Of a DNA stretch of 64,000 nt, positions 11,518-25,000 are shown one piece after another. The translations under genes were made by a program, and so were the position numbers. The notes below the pieces were generated by a model. That model worked only from the letters and a program-made list of their open reading frames with translations, made no database searches and was not told the DNA's origin. The DNA lies in assembly GCF_023055435.1 (NCBI RefSeq), contig NW_025963802.1:5208001-5272000 (forward strand), in the 5' to 3' direction. The stretch comes from Haliotis rufescens (taxonomy: Eukaryota). How positions within the stretch are numbered: the stretch's first letter is position 1; every line of letters starts with the position of its first letter.

Positions 11518-12877
11518 GTTGGTAAATCGGAACTGTAAAAAGATACGTTCCATTACAAACTTATCGATCCAAATGTTACAGTGTCTGCTAGGATATGTTC
11601 ACAATAAAGTTTGAGTTTTACAAAACCCGATTTCAGAAGTACCTAGTTCGAGAAAACATCCAACCCCATTTGTCTTGTCTTGTTTTTACTTTTCTTATCA
11701 TGAATTGTTCTTATATCCTTATTATTGCTTTGATCTTCATAGCAATTTGCCAAATTTGTTCAGATTAGGTTTAAAATTGTCATTTCACATTCTTTATTTC
11801 TCGTTCATTCAAAGATTGTGAGCGTGCCAAATCAAATATAACTGTAAGCACCCGTAAAAAGTCGAACTTTTCTGTTCGAGATAATGTTGATATCGGTAAC
11901 CGGTATATCTATAATGTTAAATCGAAAACAAGAATTCACATTCAAGACTTCCATGACAATATTTTTCCTGTTTTCCAAGTATATGATGATTACTGTATAC
12001 AGAATACGTATACAATGAATAAAACTCATTCATTGTGTATCAACTTTGTGAACATGTCATCCTAACATTATATGGCTGGCATGCTGGCATACTCCATAAC
12101 AGTTCATCAATAATTCAATTTTGAAGAGATATAAGTATCAGAATAATAACACGGTATAACATTCAGACAGCAGAAAGTATGAAAAATAGTTACTGAGAAA
12201 ACATAGATCGGCACAATTAGAATCATCCTGTTATTATTACTTTTGAAAACACATACATGTGCACATCCTTGCTTGACAATAGTTTAAGGATCTATACCGA
12301 AATGTTGCTATTACAGTAAAATAAGGAAGTTGTTATCTGTAAATTGTGTTAGCCATCATGTTATACGAAATGCTTATCAAACAATTCATGTACACATCCT
12401 CCCAACATTTCACACAGACACTTAGGTTAATCCAAATAGGACAACACATTCACGTGGATGGAACGCACGCTTCTTGAGCAATGTTCATGATATACGCTTT
12501 TAACAAAGTTAACAAAGTCTTAAAAAGAATAAACTTAAAGCGGTAGATCTATAAAGAGGCTAAAACTCCAATTTACTTACGTGAACAACACAGGTCACAA
12601 ATTGCCAATTAAACTCCCCAAGCTCACTCGTGTAATCCAAAGCGAGAGTCTCAACGGTTGTGTTGGGAATGAAATCAGGAGCCGGTACTTATGGTGTGTG
12701 TGTGTATGGCCATCTGGTTGTCAACGGTACTTACATGTAAACAATCCCCTAATCCAATCCTAGCCATATGGAAGCATCAGTGACATTTGCAGGCAATAAT
12801 TAGCGTAAAATGCTAATTGGTTCTGTTTGTTTGAGTAGCACCAAGCGAGTCATCGTTACAATCTCGCTTCTCAGAAC

Positions 12878-12888
12878 GCCCGCGAAAA
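12878..12888 (-). promoter_or_regulatory. Candidate E2F-like site (TTTTCGCGGGC) upstream of cdc25 copy 1
   Basis: Lies just upstream of a probable first non-coding exon (donor GTAAGT at about 12575-12580, minus strand), with a CCAAT at about 12816-12820. Single-motif evidence only. Confidence 0.3.
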
Positions 12889-13838
12889 CAATGCCTGTCA
12901 ATTAATCCCATAAGAATGTATTAATTACCAACCTGAGTAAGACTTGCCGTAAAGCACCTTTGTGAGATAATCCCTTGTAGCAATGATGTAAAGGGAGGTA
13001 AGTTGTGTTGGGAAGAATCGGTGCCGGGTCGTGGGATGGGATTAGCTAATTAGTATCCGATTAATGAGATAATCTGCATGAAATGTTAGTCATATCTACC
13101 GTTAGGCAATGTGTTTAGGGAGCTAAGGTGAAAGATTTCGAGCTTCAGCTGACGTAATTGCGCTAATAGTGTAGTGTCACATGCGGGGAGCAGACGACAC
13201 GAATCTGTAAACTGAGGCTCAAGTCATAAACGTGTATCTCTCTCAATATTTACACAAGGATTACATATACAACACAACACATGTAATGTCGACAAGATGT
13301 TTTACAAATCAGAGCTGTGGAGATATTGTTAAATTGGTCGTTTCGTGATTGAATGGTTGTCATTGTGACATCATGGCATTTCCTTTGATTTCTAGCTTCG
13401 TTTCAGTAAGAATGTTACCGTTTCTTTGCTATAGCATTAAACTAGCCGAGAAGATTCAAACCCTCAAAACCAAATATATCTCAAAACTGTATTATTTTTC
13501 TTTAATGCCTTCATGAATATAACTTGCACTGGAAAGGTATTGACAAAAGTCTTCTAGGATCCAAATTCATTGAATAGCAATATGTTTAAAATAGATCTCA
13601 TAACTGAGGATATGATTTCACTTTTCTTTTCAGTGGAATATTCATTTAGAGATTATCATTCTGTCAACCATCTCACATGACGCGTATGTCTTTGTTGAAA
13701 TGTATTTGGGATAACGATGCAATCAGGTTTCATCAAGAACGGTGCAACGAATAAATACATATTGCATGTCTGTGACATAGCACCGTGTTTCATGGAGGTA
13801 AATTTGTGCATGTTACCTTTGAATAAATTAAATCCAGT

Positions 13839-14012
13839 CTTTCAAAGGCATTTAGGAGGAGAATCTATGGATGTCAACTTCTTTATTATGAGGAACACAA
13901 CGTTTCGGAGTATATGCTTTCTCCTTCATCAGGTGGATGAAGGAGTAAGCATATACTCCGAAACGTTGTGTTCCTCATAATAAAGAAGTTGACATCCATA
14001 AACTGCACTCTT
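13839..14012. mobile_element. Penelope-like element terminal fragment in head-to-head inverted arrangement
   Basis: 65-bp arms at 13866-13930 and 13936-14000 (1 mismatch, 5-nt spacer), flanked by the 15-bp direct repeat TAAATTAAATCCAGT (13824-13838 and 14013-14027). Arms carry GATGAAGG...CCGAAACGTT and AATAAAGAAGTT, typical of PLE pseudo-LTRs. Confidence 0.75.
13896..13935 (-). ncRNA. Minimal type I hammerhead ribozyme motif (PLE type)
   Basis: Minus strand reads CAC-CUGAUGA-A-GGAG(AAAGCAUAUA)CUCC-GAA-ACGU-U-GUG: stem I CAC/GUG, intact CUGAUGA and GAAA core, stem II, and a palindromic ACGU stem III remnant. Confidence 0.65.
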
Positions 14013-15133
14013 TAAATTAAATCCAGTTTTAAATTTTCTATAATTCTACATTCCTGGCTATGGTATAGTTCGCGACCCGATCTATAAAGCGATCTCAGAG
14101 CTACAATGATCGTAAGCCAGTGTTAGAGTATGGGAGTTACAATCACCTTTGGGCTAAGATCGCTTTGTGGCACGGGGTCCTGGTGGTTTATATGATACAA
14201 ACACATCGATTAGCAATATTTGCAAAAGTCACCCGACACATATTTTGAGTCAGAACTGTCCATCTGCAACCATTGGCTCATCATCACCTTGAGCACTTTT
14301 ACACAATGAATAAAACAAACGGAATTCCTTATCAACGTTTTATTACGTTTTATGACTTCGCAATGAGAATAATTTCAAGCTTTCTTTAGGGAATCGTCTG
14401 ATTAAGATATTTGCTTGTAATCCTTGGTTTAAGTACAGAGGGTTGGATTATCTGAGTAATAACCACCCGATCCTGACCCGGAATCGTCACTGGTATCAAC
14501 GGTTTCAACGGTTACAGACATAAATATAATTCAAACACTAACAGTCATATTTGTACAGTTCACGTGCAACAGCTACGGGGAAAGGGCCCCCGTGCCACCA
14601 ATCCTAAGCACACGTACATGGCGGCTATCCAATATATACTATTCTATCACCAAAGAACAATTTATTGTATTCTCAAATTTGATAGATTTCTGACGCTACC
14701 CGCTTTTTTATTTTATGGAAAACGTCATGTATACATATACCTTTCTCTCAAAGAACAACAGATAGCTAATTGTGAAAAAATATGACAAGAACATGGGATG
14801 ATGTCCCCAGTAAAATTGTTATTGCTTTTATATTTTCCTATATATGAAATATCAAATGATGCCTATATTTGATGATATGTACCGCTTTCCTAACTTTGAC
14901 AGCGCCCTCGGTATACCTGTATATGATTTTAATAGGAGATCGGAAAGAAACTCATAGGAATAAACACAGAAAAGGTTACAAATTTACCTTAAGACCATTT
15001 TACCAGAGACTGTGTTACCGATTTTTTTATGATGTTGGGGATCAAGCCTTTGATAGTAGACTCAAAAGGAGTTGAAAGAACATGAAGACATGAAACGTTG
15101 ATGGATAACAACGTCGCTTTAAACAATAAATAA

Positions 15134-15440
15134 GATGAACAAGGGAGATAGTTCTGTGGATATGCAACTTCTTTATTACAATGAACGCGACGTTTCGCTG
15201 CAGGTTCTAACACCGCCATCAAACGTGTAATTCCATTACTTGCTTTTATAAAAAAAGCCGTGTTAGTATCTTCACCGAAACTTCGCATTCGTTGTAATAA
15301 AGAAGTGGAATATCCATAGAATCTCCTTGTTCATCATATCATACCAACTTCTAAATGCCACTTAAAGAAGTAGTAAAGAAGTTGTTATCCATATAAGATA
15401 ATCCTGAAACGTCGTTATAAACAATAAAGCAGTTGTTATG
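15134..15440. mobile_element. Degenerate inverted pair of PLE terminal fragments with decayed hammerhead cores
   Basis: 15134-15220 is the approximate reverse complement of 15259-15335. Motifs UUGAUGG-CGGUGUUAGAACC...GAAACGUC and AATAAAGAAGT. Related fragments at 10044-10150 (+) and 7400-7457 (-). Confidence 0.55.
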
Positions 15441-16803
15441 CAGATATTCGAGGTCAAGGATGTAGCCGGTATCCTTGCTAACGTGGACAAGCATGGCAAC
15501 AACAAGTAAAACAAAAGGCTGCCATGTCTATTGAAAATCGAGCGTATATCCTAAACACGAAGCAACTTCCCATCGAAGCCTTGAAAACCATTGTCCGACA
15601 ACTTACTCCAGCTATATCCGTATAAACACAATCCACTATACACAAGCCGAAACCCATTTCACCCTTCTCTAATACCCAGTAGCCATTTTCGTTTTAAAAA
15701 TGTTTTGACAACTAAAGCAATTAAGATTCAATTTGACAGCAATTGCCTCCCTTGGATATGAAGCTAACCGTTGGGTAGTATTTACTTGGGATGTACGTCA
15801 CACAGGTTGAATCGACTTACTTAATCTGTGTTGTTGTTTACACCAAATCTCAATTTCTAAACAAGCGCGGGTGCAGGTGCTGTCACCACACACGGTGAGG
15901 CATGATGGCGTGCACGTGGGAGCCAGTCCAAGTGGTTGTTTTAGTTTACACAACTATTGAATTTGGAGATTGTCTGGTCACACCTATTGTGTGAAACTCA
16001 AGTTGGAGAGCTGTCCTTTTATGCCGGACAAGTATATAGCGACAGGACCCCCGGACTGCCATTATACACTGCTACTGCACCCCGACACACAACACATAGG
16101 TAAGGGTAATAATAGAACATACTGATGAAGGCGTACCATCGCTTACAAATTTGATGTACGTAACATTATTTATTTTCAATTTTTGACAAATATTCAGTAT
16201 AAATCCTTACATGTTTATTTTGTGTATTGTATAGTTTTCACAATTGGAAATTATGTAGAATGCAGGCAATATGATAAAATCTTTGTAACTGTTTTCTTTC
16301 AATATACTTTACTTCTGGCATTAATTAAATGAATAACCAATACGGTTCAGAAATAGATCCACTGAAATATATGAATGATATATTGTTGTAGCGTTACTAA
16401 AAGTAGTAGCTGAAGTAGAAATAAATTAATAATTGAAAATTGCTTATTCTTAAATGTTGTAATATTTTTTCAGTGAGTTTTGAGTAATTGGCGTTAAGAA
16501 GACAAGGTTATTTAAGGTGAGATTTTTGTACACAGATTGATTGGATTGTCGTGCAGAAATTGAGATAAGATTAGCAAGAATAATTAAGAAGCGAATCGCA
16601 TTGACGATACAAACATGTTAAACGTAACACTGATAATTACACTGCCGTCATATTGACAGGGTCAATTGATTGAAATACTTTCTTTATTTTTATGATTATC
16701 AATGTAATTATTGTATCATGACACTTCACAAATCGGACAAGAAATAGGGAGAACAAATACAATGTGTCAAATATATACATTTTATACATTTGTATCTGCA
16801 TAG

Positions 16804-16957
16804 ATGGATCTTTCAACATCAGCAACCATAACGACCAGTCCCGACCTCGTGACCGCGAAATGTCGGACCAAGAGTTCGTTAAGTGACGACGAAGACATGT
16901 CACGTGACAGTGGCTATGGGTCTCCAGACATGTCTGTAGGGGTGAGTATACGAACAT

Positions 16958-16988
<31 letters not shown>

Positions 16989-19900
16989 ACACACACACAC
17001 TAACATTAATTTCAAAATAAACACACAATGTCATTTTTACCTGACATGCCAAAAGCGCAAGACTATGGTATGGTCTTTTGTTAAGCGTTTGCTGTAATGA
17101 ACGCTTGTTGGGCATTAAATACAGTAGATTGAAAGGACATTTTACACACTGGCGATTTCTGGCAAGGTGAAGGCAACCCAAGGCAACCTCAGATTGAATT
17201 AAGATATGTATAAGATATGGGTACTTAGGTATAATACAATATATAACAAATACCCCAATTTATGTCCATACTTATATCCTCAATCTCAGAGAACCGGGGA
17301 TGTCCATATTCCCATCCTCTAACATAGTGATCCACTGATGTCCATATTCCCATCTCTAACATAGAGATCCACTGATGTCCATATTCCCATTCTATAACAT
17401 AGAGATTCACTGATGTCCATGTTCCCATGCTCTAACATAGAAATTCACTGATGTCCATATTCCCATCCTCTAACATAGAGATTCACTGATGTCCATGTTC
17501 CCATCCTTTAACATAGAGATCCACTCATGTCTACATTCCCACCCTCTAACATAGCTCCACTGATGTCTATTTTCCCATCCTCTAACATGGAGATCCACTG
17601 ATGTCCATGTTCCCATGCTCTAACATAGAGATTCACTGGTGTCCATATTCCCTCTTTAACATGGAGATCAACAGATGTCCATGTTCCCATCCTCTAACAT
17701 AGATATCCATTGATGTCTACATTCCCATGTCCATATTCCCATCCTCTAACATAGAGCTCCATCTCTGCAGGTCTTCTCCCTGGAGACACCCGAGACCAGG
17801 GCACCAAAGAGGAGTTTTGACATCACTCAAGCCAGGAGGTCGCTGTTTTCTTTAAAAAGATCACGCACCGATTCTGTTGACGACAGCGACGACGACGACG
17901 GACCACGATGTGAAAAACGCCAACGACCCTTCATCGATGACGTTGACGAGGGCGATGATGAGGTATGCACCTATTTTATTCCAGTGAATCAATCATTTGT
18001 TACACTTGGGACTGGTCGCTGGAATGCCAAAGCAATTCGACCCATCCTCAATGCATGTCAGCTGCTTAATTCTCTCTTCTGGTTGGTATGAACATCCCAT
18101 TTCATAGTCTGTATAAATATTTGTAATATTCCAATGCTTTAAGAACAAATTGAAACGCTAGTTGCATCACAGTTTGCGTTAAGCAAAACTACGACCAAGT
18201 TGATGTAATATTTGATGTGGAATAGTCGATGATTTCTGTGATGACAATTAAGACCTTAGGGGACAAGGGGGGCCCAGTCGTGTAAGGCGCCGGAATTCTC
18301 TGTGAAGAGTTGCGTCCCTTGGGTACACCAGAAACCTCTGATAGTATTCGAATCACGATTCGCCCCGATTATTTTTCTGTTTTCTTTTTTTTGCACCATA
18401 CCCATGCTCGTGGGTTTCACTCCCACATGAATCTGACAAACCGTGATGCACCTGGAATACTGTTCAAACGGCGTTAAACCCAACTCACTCACTACACAAT
18501 TATAGAGAAATTTTATACATCAGACATGACATGGTTTTTAAGTCGGAGCAATCACGCGGATCGTTTCGGGGTTTGGTATTTCTACTCCCGGAATGAACAG
18601 ATTCGAGTGACTGCTCCATTACGAACACCACACATGATATAATGTCATCACCATAGATGAGGTCTACATATACATACATATACATACATTTACATATATA
18701 TATATATTTGCATTTGCATAATTACATTTGAAACTCTAGGTATTCCTGGCGGACGTTACGTCAGATGTCGTGAAAAAGGCCGTTGACAAGATGGAGATCG
18801 ACAGAAGTCTTGTCGGGGACGGATCACAGGTACATTGACGGATTTTACTTTGGGTATCTTTGACATTTACACCGGAATCTGCTTTTAGACCATTAATTTA
18901 TAGCGGTTTCTTGAAGTTCCTTGTTCTTATAACATTTTAATCATAATTGATAGATTCATGTTTGACCCAATGTTCAGAAGTGATTTAGCTTACTGCAGGT
19001 TACAAAAATGACATATTTTGTGTCGAAGTATTTTCTTAATACGAGGTTTTGTGGATAGTACTATTGGAATTCCGAAAAGTTTATAAGCCAGAGGCCCATA
19101 ATAACAATACTGGATAAATGGAGAGTGATTCACAGATGACAGCATAATGTCAATTTTATGTCTATTTGTGTATTTCTCAGGAATAAATATTTTCCTCAAC
19201 ATAGTAGAGATTACAAATAAACAGAGTGATATTCATCTTCAATGTAGGATAAATTACAGATTCTACAAGTTCCATTAACGGTTCGTTAACTGTTAATTCC
19301 TGATGTAATTACAGTTATTGGTTTAACACCTACGCAGAAAGACAGGTTGGTTGGTTTGTTGTTTAACGCCGCACTCAGAAAAAGGCAGGTAGTGGTATTC
19401 CGCGTATTAGGAGATAAAGAGTGACGTATTTCGTTTATTGATGTAACGTATTCATTTTGATGTGACGGATTGGTATGGTATGTTGGTATGACGTATTTCA
19501 TGGAATGGAATGGTACGGTGTAAATGTTGGTATGACGTATTTCAGGGAATGGTAGGGCGCAGTGTAATGTTGGTATGACATTTCAGGTAATGGTGTGATG
19601 CAGTGTATATGTTGGTATGACGTATTTCAGGTAATGGTAAAGCGCAGTGTAAATGTTGGTATGACGTATTTCAGGTAATGGTAGGGCGCAGTGTAAATGT
19701 TGGTATGACGTATTTTAGGTAATGATACGGTGCAGTGTAGGTATTGGTATCATGTTTTCAGGTATTGGCTAACGAATTTCAGATATTGGTATGATATTTT
19801 ATACGTAAGTATGGTGATTTCAGGCATTGGTATGACCAATTCCAGTAAATAGTAGGCTGATGTGTAGGTATTGGTATTATGACAGCTATTTACATGACAT

Positions 19901-21547
19901 TTCATATATTATGGGGTAGTATAGGTATTCGTATGACAACTTTATTTCAGGCGTAAGTATGACTTATTTCAGATTCAGGTTTTCGTATGATACATTTCAG
20001 GTAATGGTAAGCAGCGGTGTAGGTATTGGTGTTGCGTATTCAGGTATTGGTTTCATTATTTCAGGCATTGGCAGAAATTGGCACTTTGGTAATTTGGTAT
20101 TTGTATGGCGTATTTCAGGTATTTGTATGAGGTATTTCTGGTAATAAGCTACAGTGTTAATGTTAGTATGACAATTCAGCTAATAAGCTACAGTGTACTC
20201 CTACTTCAGATAATAAGATGTAGTGTAATACTCGGGTATTGGTATGATTTACTTCAGGTAATTATAAACTCGGGTGTACATACTGGTCCGTCTCTGTGCA
20301 CGGAATTAAAACCACCAATTGTGTTTGCAGACACACTGTCTCCCGACAATGGAAGGGAAACATAAAGACCTCAAGTCAGTGTCTCCAATAACCGTCAGTC
20401 AGCTTCTAGCTGGGAAATACAATGACGTCATTTCCGGCTACCAGATCATTGACTGTCGGTATCCGTATGAATACGAAGGCGGACATATTGAGGTCAGTAT
20501 CAATGTGGATGTAAAATCGGCCAATTGCAACTAATTGAAAATATATTTATTTTTTGTAATGGTAACAATCACCACATTAATAACATCATTCTAAAAACGA
20601 CACATTATGTATATTTTATATTTTTTCCTTTCAGGGGGCACTTAACCTCTTTAACGAGGCCCTTGTCACGGAATTAGTCACAAACGAGCAAGGGAGGCAG
20701 TCAACCGAAAGAAGCATCCTCATTTTCCATTGTGAATTCTCCTCTGAGAGGGGGCCTAAATTGTAAGTGATTCAGTTTGTTCAGTTGAGATAAAGAGGTG
20801 GTTAAAGTGAAACTCGTTAAACCGGACCTCGTTAATCCGAACATTCCGTTTTCCGGCCCGTTATCAGGAACAATCCTATGTATATTTTGTTGCGATATTT
20901 CTACGTACCCGTGTCTCGTTAACCTCAAAATTGGAGGCTTATTAATCAGAACGATCTCGTTAAAAACGAGTCCATCCATAATAACCAGGTTTCGTTATAG
21001 TGAAGGTTACAATCGGTGCATTCCTTAATATTACAAATGTCCGAATTTCATTGAAATACGGTATGTTACAGACTACGCCATCTACGAAGCTTAGACCGGA
21101 AGGTGAACAGTGACCGCTACCCTTTCCTCTTCTACCCGGAAGTGTACCTGCTAGATGGCGGTTACAAGGCCTTCTTTTCAAAACACCAGGTATGCTGAGA
21201 AATCGTTTTTCATAGGTCGAAGGACGGCTATTTAAGTTATTGATGGTTGTCTCTACTGGTACGCTGTACCTACGGAAGAAGGTAGGCGGCACTCTGTATA
21301 ATTGGCAGTAAAACCCCGCACAACGGAATGTCATAACGGCATGTTACAACGGAAATATATTAACATTTAATAATTTGATTTGCAGGACCAGTGTGAGCCT
21401 CAGACGTACCTTCCCATGCTGCACCACGATTTTAGCTCTGCATTACGTCACTTCCGCTCTACCAAGTCCCACGCAGTGCGAGAAAGAAAGAGAGCATTTC
21501 AAAGAAGACAGGTTTTGGAAATGTCACCCTCTGCTTTCACGCTGTGA
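16804..21547 (+). CDS. CDC25: Cdc25 phosphatase, paralogue 2 (329 aa, 7 coding exons)
   Basis: Exons 16804-16941, 17771-17962, 18740-18829, 20331-20492, 20635-20762, 21072-21189, 21386-21547 (990 nt including TGA), all GT-AG and in phase. Motifs [57 protein letters not shown]. Probable 5'UTR exon at 16474-16516; AATAAA at 22399-22404. Confidence 0.95.
17298..17762. repeat. About 38-bp minisatellite (ATGTCCATATTCCCATCCTCTAACATAGAGATCCACTG)
   Basis: About 12 units, ending immediately before the 17771 splice acceptor. Confidence 0.9.
19430..20270. repeat. Degenerate tandem repeat of about 42 bp (GTATGACGTATTTCAGGTAATGGT...) in a cdc25 copy 2 intron
   Basis: Visible array. Confidence 0.8.
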
Positions 21548-23193
21548 AAATGTTACTACGATTACCTAGATGGTATAGAAGATGACGGAATTGGTTCAGA
21601 GAATTGTTTCGTCCAATATAGTCATAGAAAAAATGTGACTTTCTTTATCTGGTAGATCTAGCTGTCCACGTGAAGTGGACGCTGCCCCAAAGCTTTATTG
21701 GGTGTAACGGCGTGGGGCTATTGAACTTTGCATTTAGCTATTGTGTAGCAGTAGTAGGAGTTCAGGGAATGTACGGATGTTTGGATATTGTGGGGAAGTA
21801 GCAGTGCTTGTTGAAACTGTTGTTTACTCAGATTGTTGTGAGTTGTTGGACTTGTTGAACTGTTGTAATGTATTTTGCTAGTGCAACGTGGTCGAGTGCT
21901 GTGTTGAGAATGTCGACCGATAGCTGCGCGTAGATCACATCCTCATGTTAATAACATGTAACTTATGGGGACCACATCTGTCATTATTTATTCATGAAGG
22001 TTGAGACTTATTTATTGAGCGGATAAAATGTACTTTGTCGGTCGCTATCTTAGTCTACTGTACGGATTTATACATTCAAAAGCAACTATTCATAAAATGC
22101 AAGAGTATTTCCAGGGATGAATGCAAATGTATTGGGGATGTATGTTTGTTAACCTCTTGTCGTAGTAGAGGGTGATTACCAACGATAGAGACCAACAACA
22201 TGTTCCCGTAACTAGTCCTCCAGCATTTGTGCTTCTGTAATAAAAAGTATATAACTCGATCCCAGATAAGAATACGGTGCTATTTCATGCTATTTACATA
22301 TCAAGGTTTGCGACATGTCTTCTGTTGTTTGTATTTAACGCAATGCTTTAATGTCCATTATAGATAATGATTTGCTTGTATACTTTATATTTACTGTCAA
22401 TAAAAAATATAAACCTATTTAAACTGTTTTTCTGCTTTATTCAACCATACTGTTTTCATGGCGCGTCATCGCCTACCACTATTTAGTTTCCCTATCATGC
22501 ATAGTATACTGAAATGTTTGATGTCGACCTTTTTTGAAATTATGCGTTACAAATTTACAAAATATTGATTTAAATAAATTGAAATAAAGCTTTTGCTAAA
22601 TTTAAGTCTTTTGGGGATTTACATACATGTAATTGTAGTTAGATACATTAAACCTTTAGATAAATTAGGACGTACAGTTTTCTCCCCTTAGCGAGATGAA
22701 GTTGTTGTTCACCGCCGTACTCAATATTCCAATACTAAGTCTTCCGAGAGGCGGAAGTTTTAAACATACGGGTGTTGATAAGTGTAATAAAACTACAAAA
22801 GCACATCAGAGTTTTCTTGCTTATGGGGTAATCAAATGGTTTGTTGCCTTTCCTAAGTCCAAGTATGTCACTATTTGATTGTGATTAATAATTATGAAAC
22901 GTCAACGCCAGAGAATAACAAGTATCGATGTTCCGCCGGGGGTAAAAGGCAAAATAAGCAATCATATGCAGTACAAATATGTCAAAACATATTTATATTC
23001 TATATAGCCATCAAGAACACACGCCACACAATATATGTTCTTTTCGAATGTTAATAAATCTACCAGTTTCATCTAAATCGTGACCAGGCTGAAATATTGG
23101 CAAAATAGCTGTGAATCGAGATCAGTCGGAATCGTAAATAAACATCCTCAGTTTTCTTATTATTGCGAAAATTGTTTTCTCTACAAACCGTTG

Positions 23194-23475
23194 GGGGACA
23201 CATGCGGCCCAGTCCTCTGAAGCCACCGCGATTCGCTGTGCAGAGTTGCGTCCCTTGGGCACGCCAGAAACCTGTGATTGTGGGTTTGAATCCCGGTTCG
23301 CCCCAAATATTTTTCAAGGATTGTCAGCACCATAACCGTGCTCGTGGGTTTCATCGAAGTGGTAAACGTTCGAGACCTGCATCTCTTCGGGCTTTCCTCC
23401 AAAATTAAGCTTACACGCCTTGATATAACTGGAATAATGTTAAAAGCGGCGTTAAACCCAACTCGCTGACTCACA
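23194..23475 (+). mobile_element. SINE family B
   Basis: TSD CTACAAACC(G/A)TTG; same consensus. Further copies at 18258-18493, 59145-59395, 2477-2592 (3' part) and 52640-52785 (partial). Confidence 0.85.
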
Positions 23476-24101
23476 CTACAAACCATTGATAGATTAAATG
23501 CCATGTTTGTTTCAAACCATGCAGGTTATTTCCACATTTACTTACTACACGATTTGAATACTGTTTCAGACATTATTAAAGGGGACATGGGTGACCCGGA
23601 GGTTTTATATTGGTTTAGAGCAGTCGTGATCACAAGAAAGGACAAGACAAAATGATGCACAGCCGGGTCATACCAAAAATATGTCGGCATTGAGGAGAGT
23701 CGACTACATAAGTGCAATAACTTGATGCAATGTTAAATCCCACTTCACCTCATCTCACCCCAGAAAAACCATTGGGATTGCACAAAGTAGGAACAAGACC
23801 ATACTCTGCATAGTTGAAAGAAACATCAGGACCATAGAAACTTTTGCTGATGGCTGGGTAAGCAAACATTACGAGCCCACAGTATGGAGTAGAGAGTATA
23901 GTTGTTGATACTGCTTTTAGCGTTGGGCCAAAACAGAAGCAAACTTTACTAAATCAGAAAATGCTTTAAATTTTACATCGCAGTTACATCTGCAGTTACA
24001 TCGTTAGACAGAAATCAATTTCTTTACATGTTCCACAATATCTTTAATTTCAGTAACCAACATTTTCTGTACCAACACCATTTCATCCAAGTTGCGCAAT
24101 T

Positions 24102-25000
24102 ATACCGGGCAAAAGAAACTTATCATTCGTAAATTAGGTTTTATCTGAATTAAAGACGGCGCGATAAGTGAGAACGTTACCAGAACACATTCACCAAATC
24201 ACAACCTGTGCACACATGAATGTCACTTTTTGCAGGATACAGTGAATTTCATGCAGTTATGGAAAATGGGAAAAAAAAGGAATTTTTGGGAACTGTTAAA
24301 AATGTTCGTGCATGATTATTACATAAATACTGGTGTGGGGCAGTACAAGGATGCAGCATCAAAAGAATATCAGAGAAATGCCCAGACTCACACAAGATCA
24401 TGACAGAGCTATTGGTATGGCAGACATAGGGGCATCTCAACGGCAGATTGCAAAAAAACTTTAACTGCAGTCAAACCAGTATTAGCACCTTGTTGAGTCG
24501 TTATCAGCAAACAGGCCAGACACAAGACCGTCCAAGATCGGGAAGACCAAGGGTCACAAAGCCTGTTGAAGACCGCTACGGCCGGACAATCCACCCGCGG
24601 AACCGATATGTGACGGCGACGTCAACGGCGGACACCCCATCAGCAGACGAACAGTCTTACGACGACTCCGCATTGGTGGTATCAAAGCATACTGACCCTC
24701 CCGTTGAATCTCCCCCCCCCCTCTACACCGTCAACGCAGATTACAATGGGCAAGAACTGTACTGAACAAAGGAGTATACGTTTCCTTAGCCCGGTACTTG
24801 AGGAACGTCTTGCAGGACATGGAGTTGGCAGCTCACGATGTAAATTCCACAACTTGTGGCTGCCAAGACTCATTATAACGCGACCACCCTGCAGGTCATA
24901 TTATCACGGGTGACTTCATTAATTTGTAATTCGTCTGTTATTCAAATGTGGACCTTAATATTTGTGTCAAAACGTTTGATTTTTCAACTTTGTTCCACAC
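24102..25000 (+). mobile_element. Degenerate Tc1-like element (a different family)
   Basis: ATG at 24378 gives MPRLTQD.DRAIGM...QRQIAK, then after a frameshift FNCSQTSISTLLSRYQQTGQTQDRPRSGRPRVT: a Tc1 paired-HTH/GRPR N-terminus. Catalytic region absent; boundaries approximate. Confidence 0.7.
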
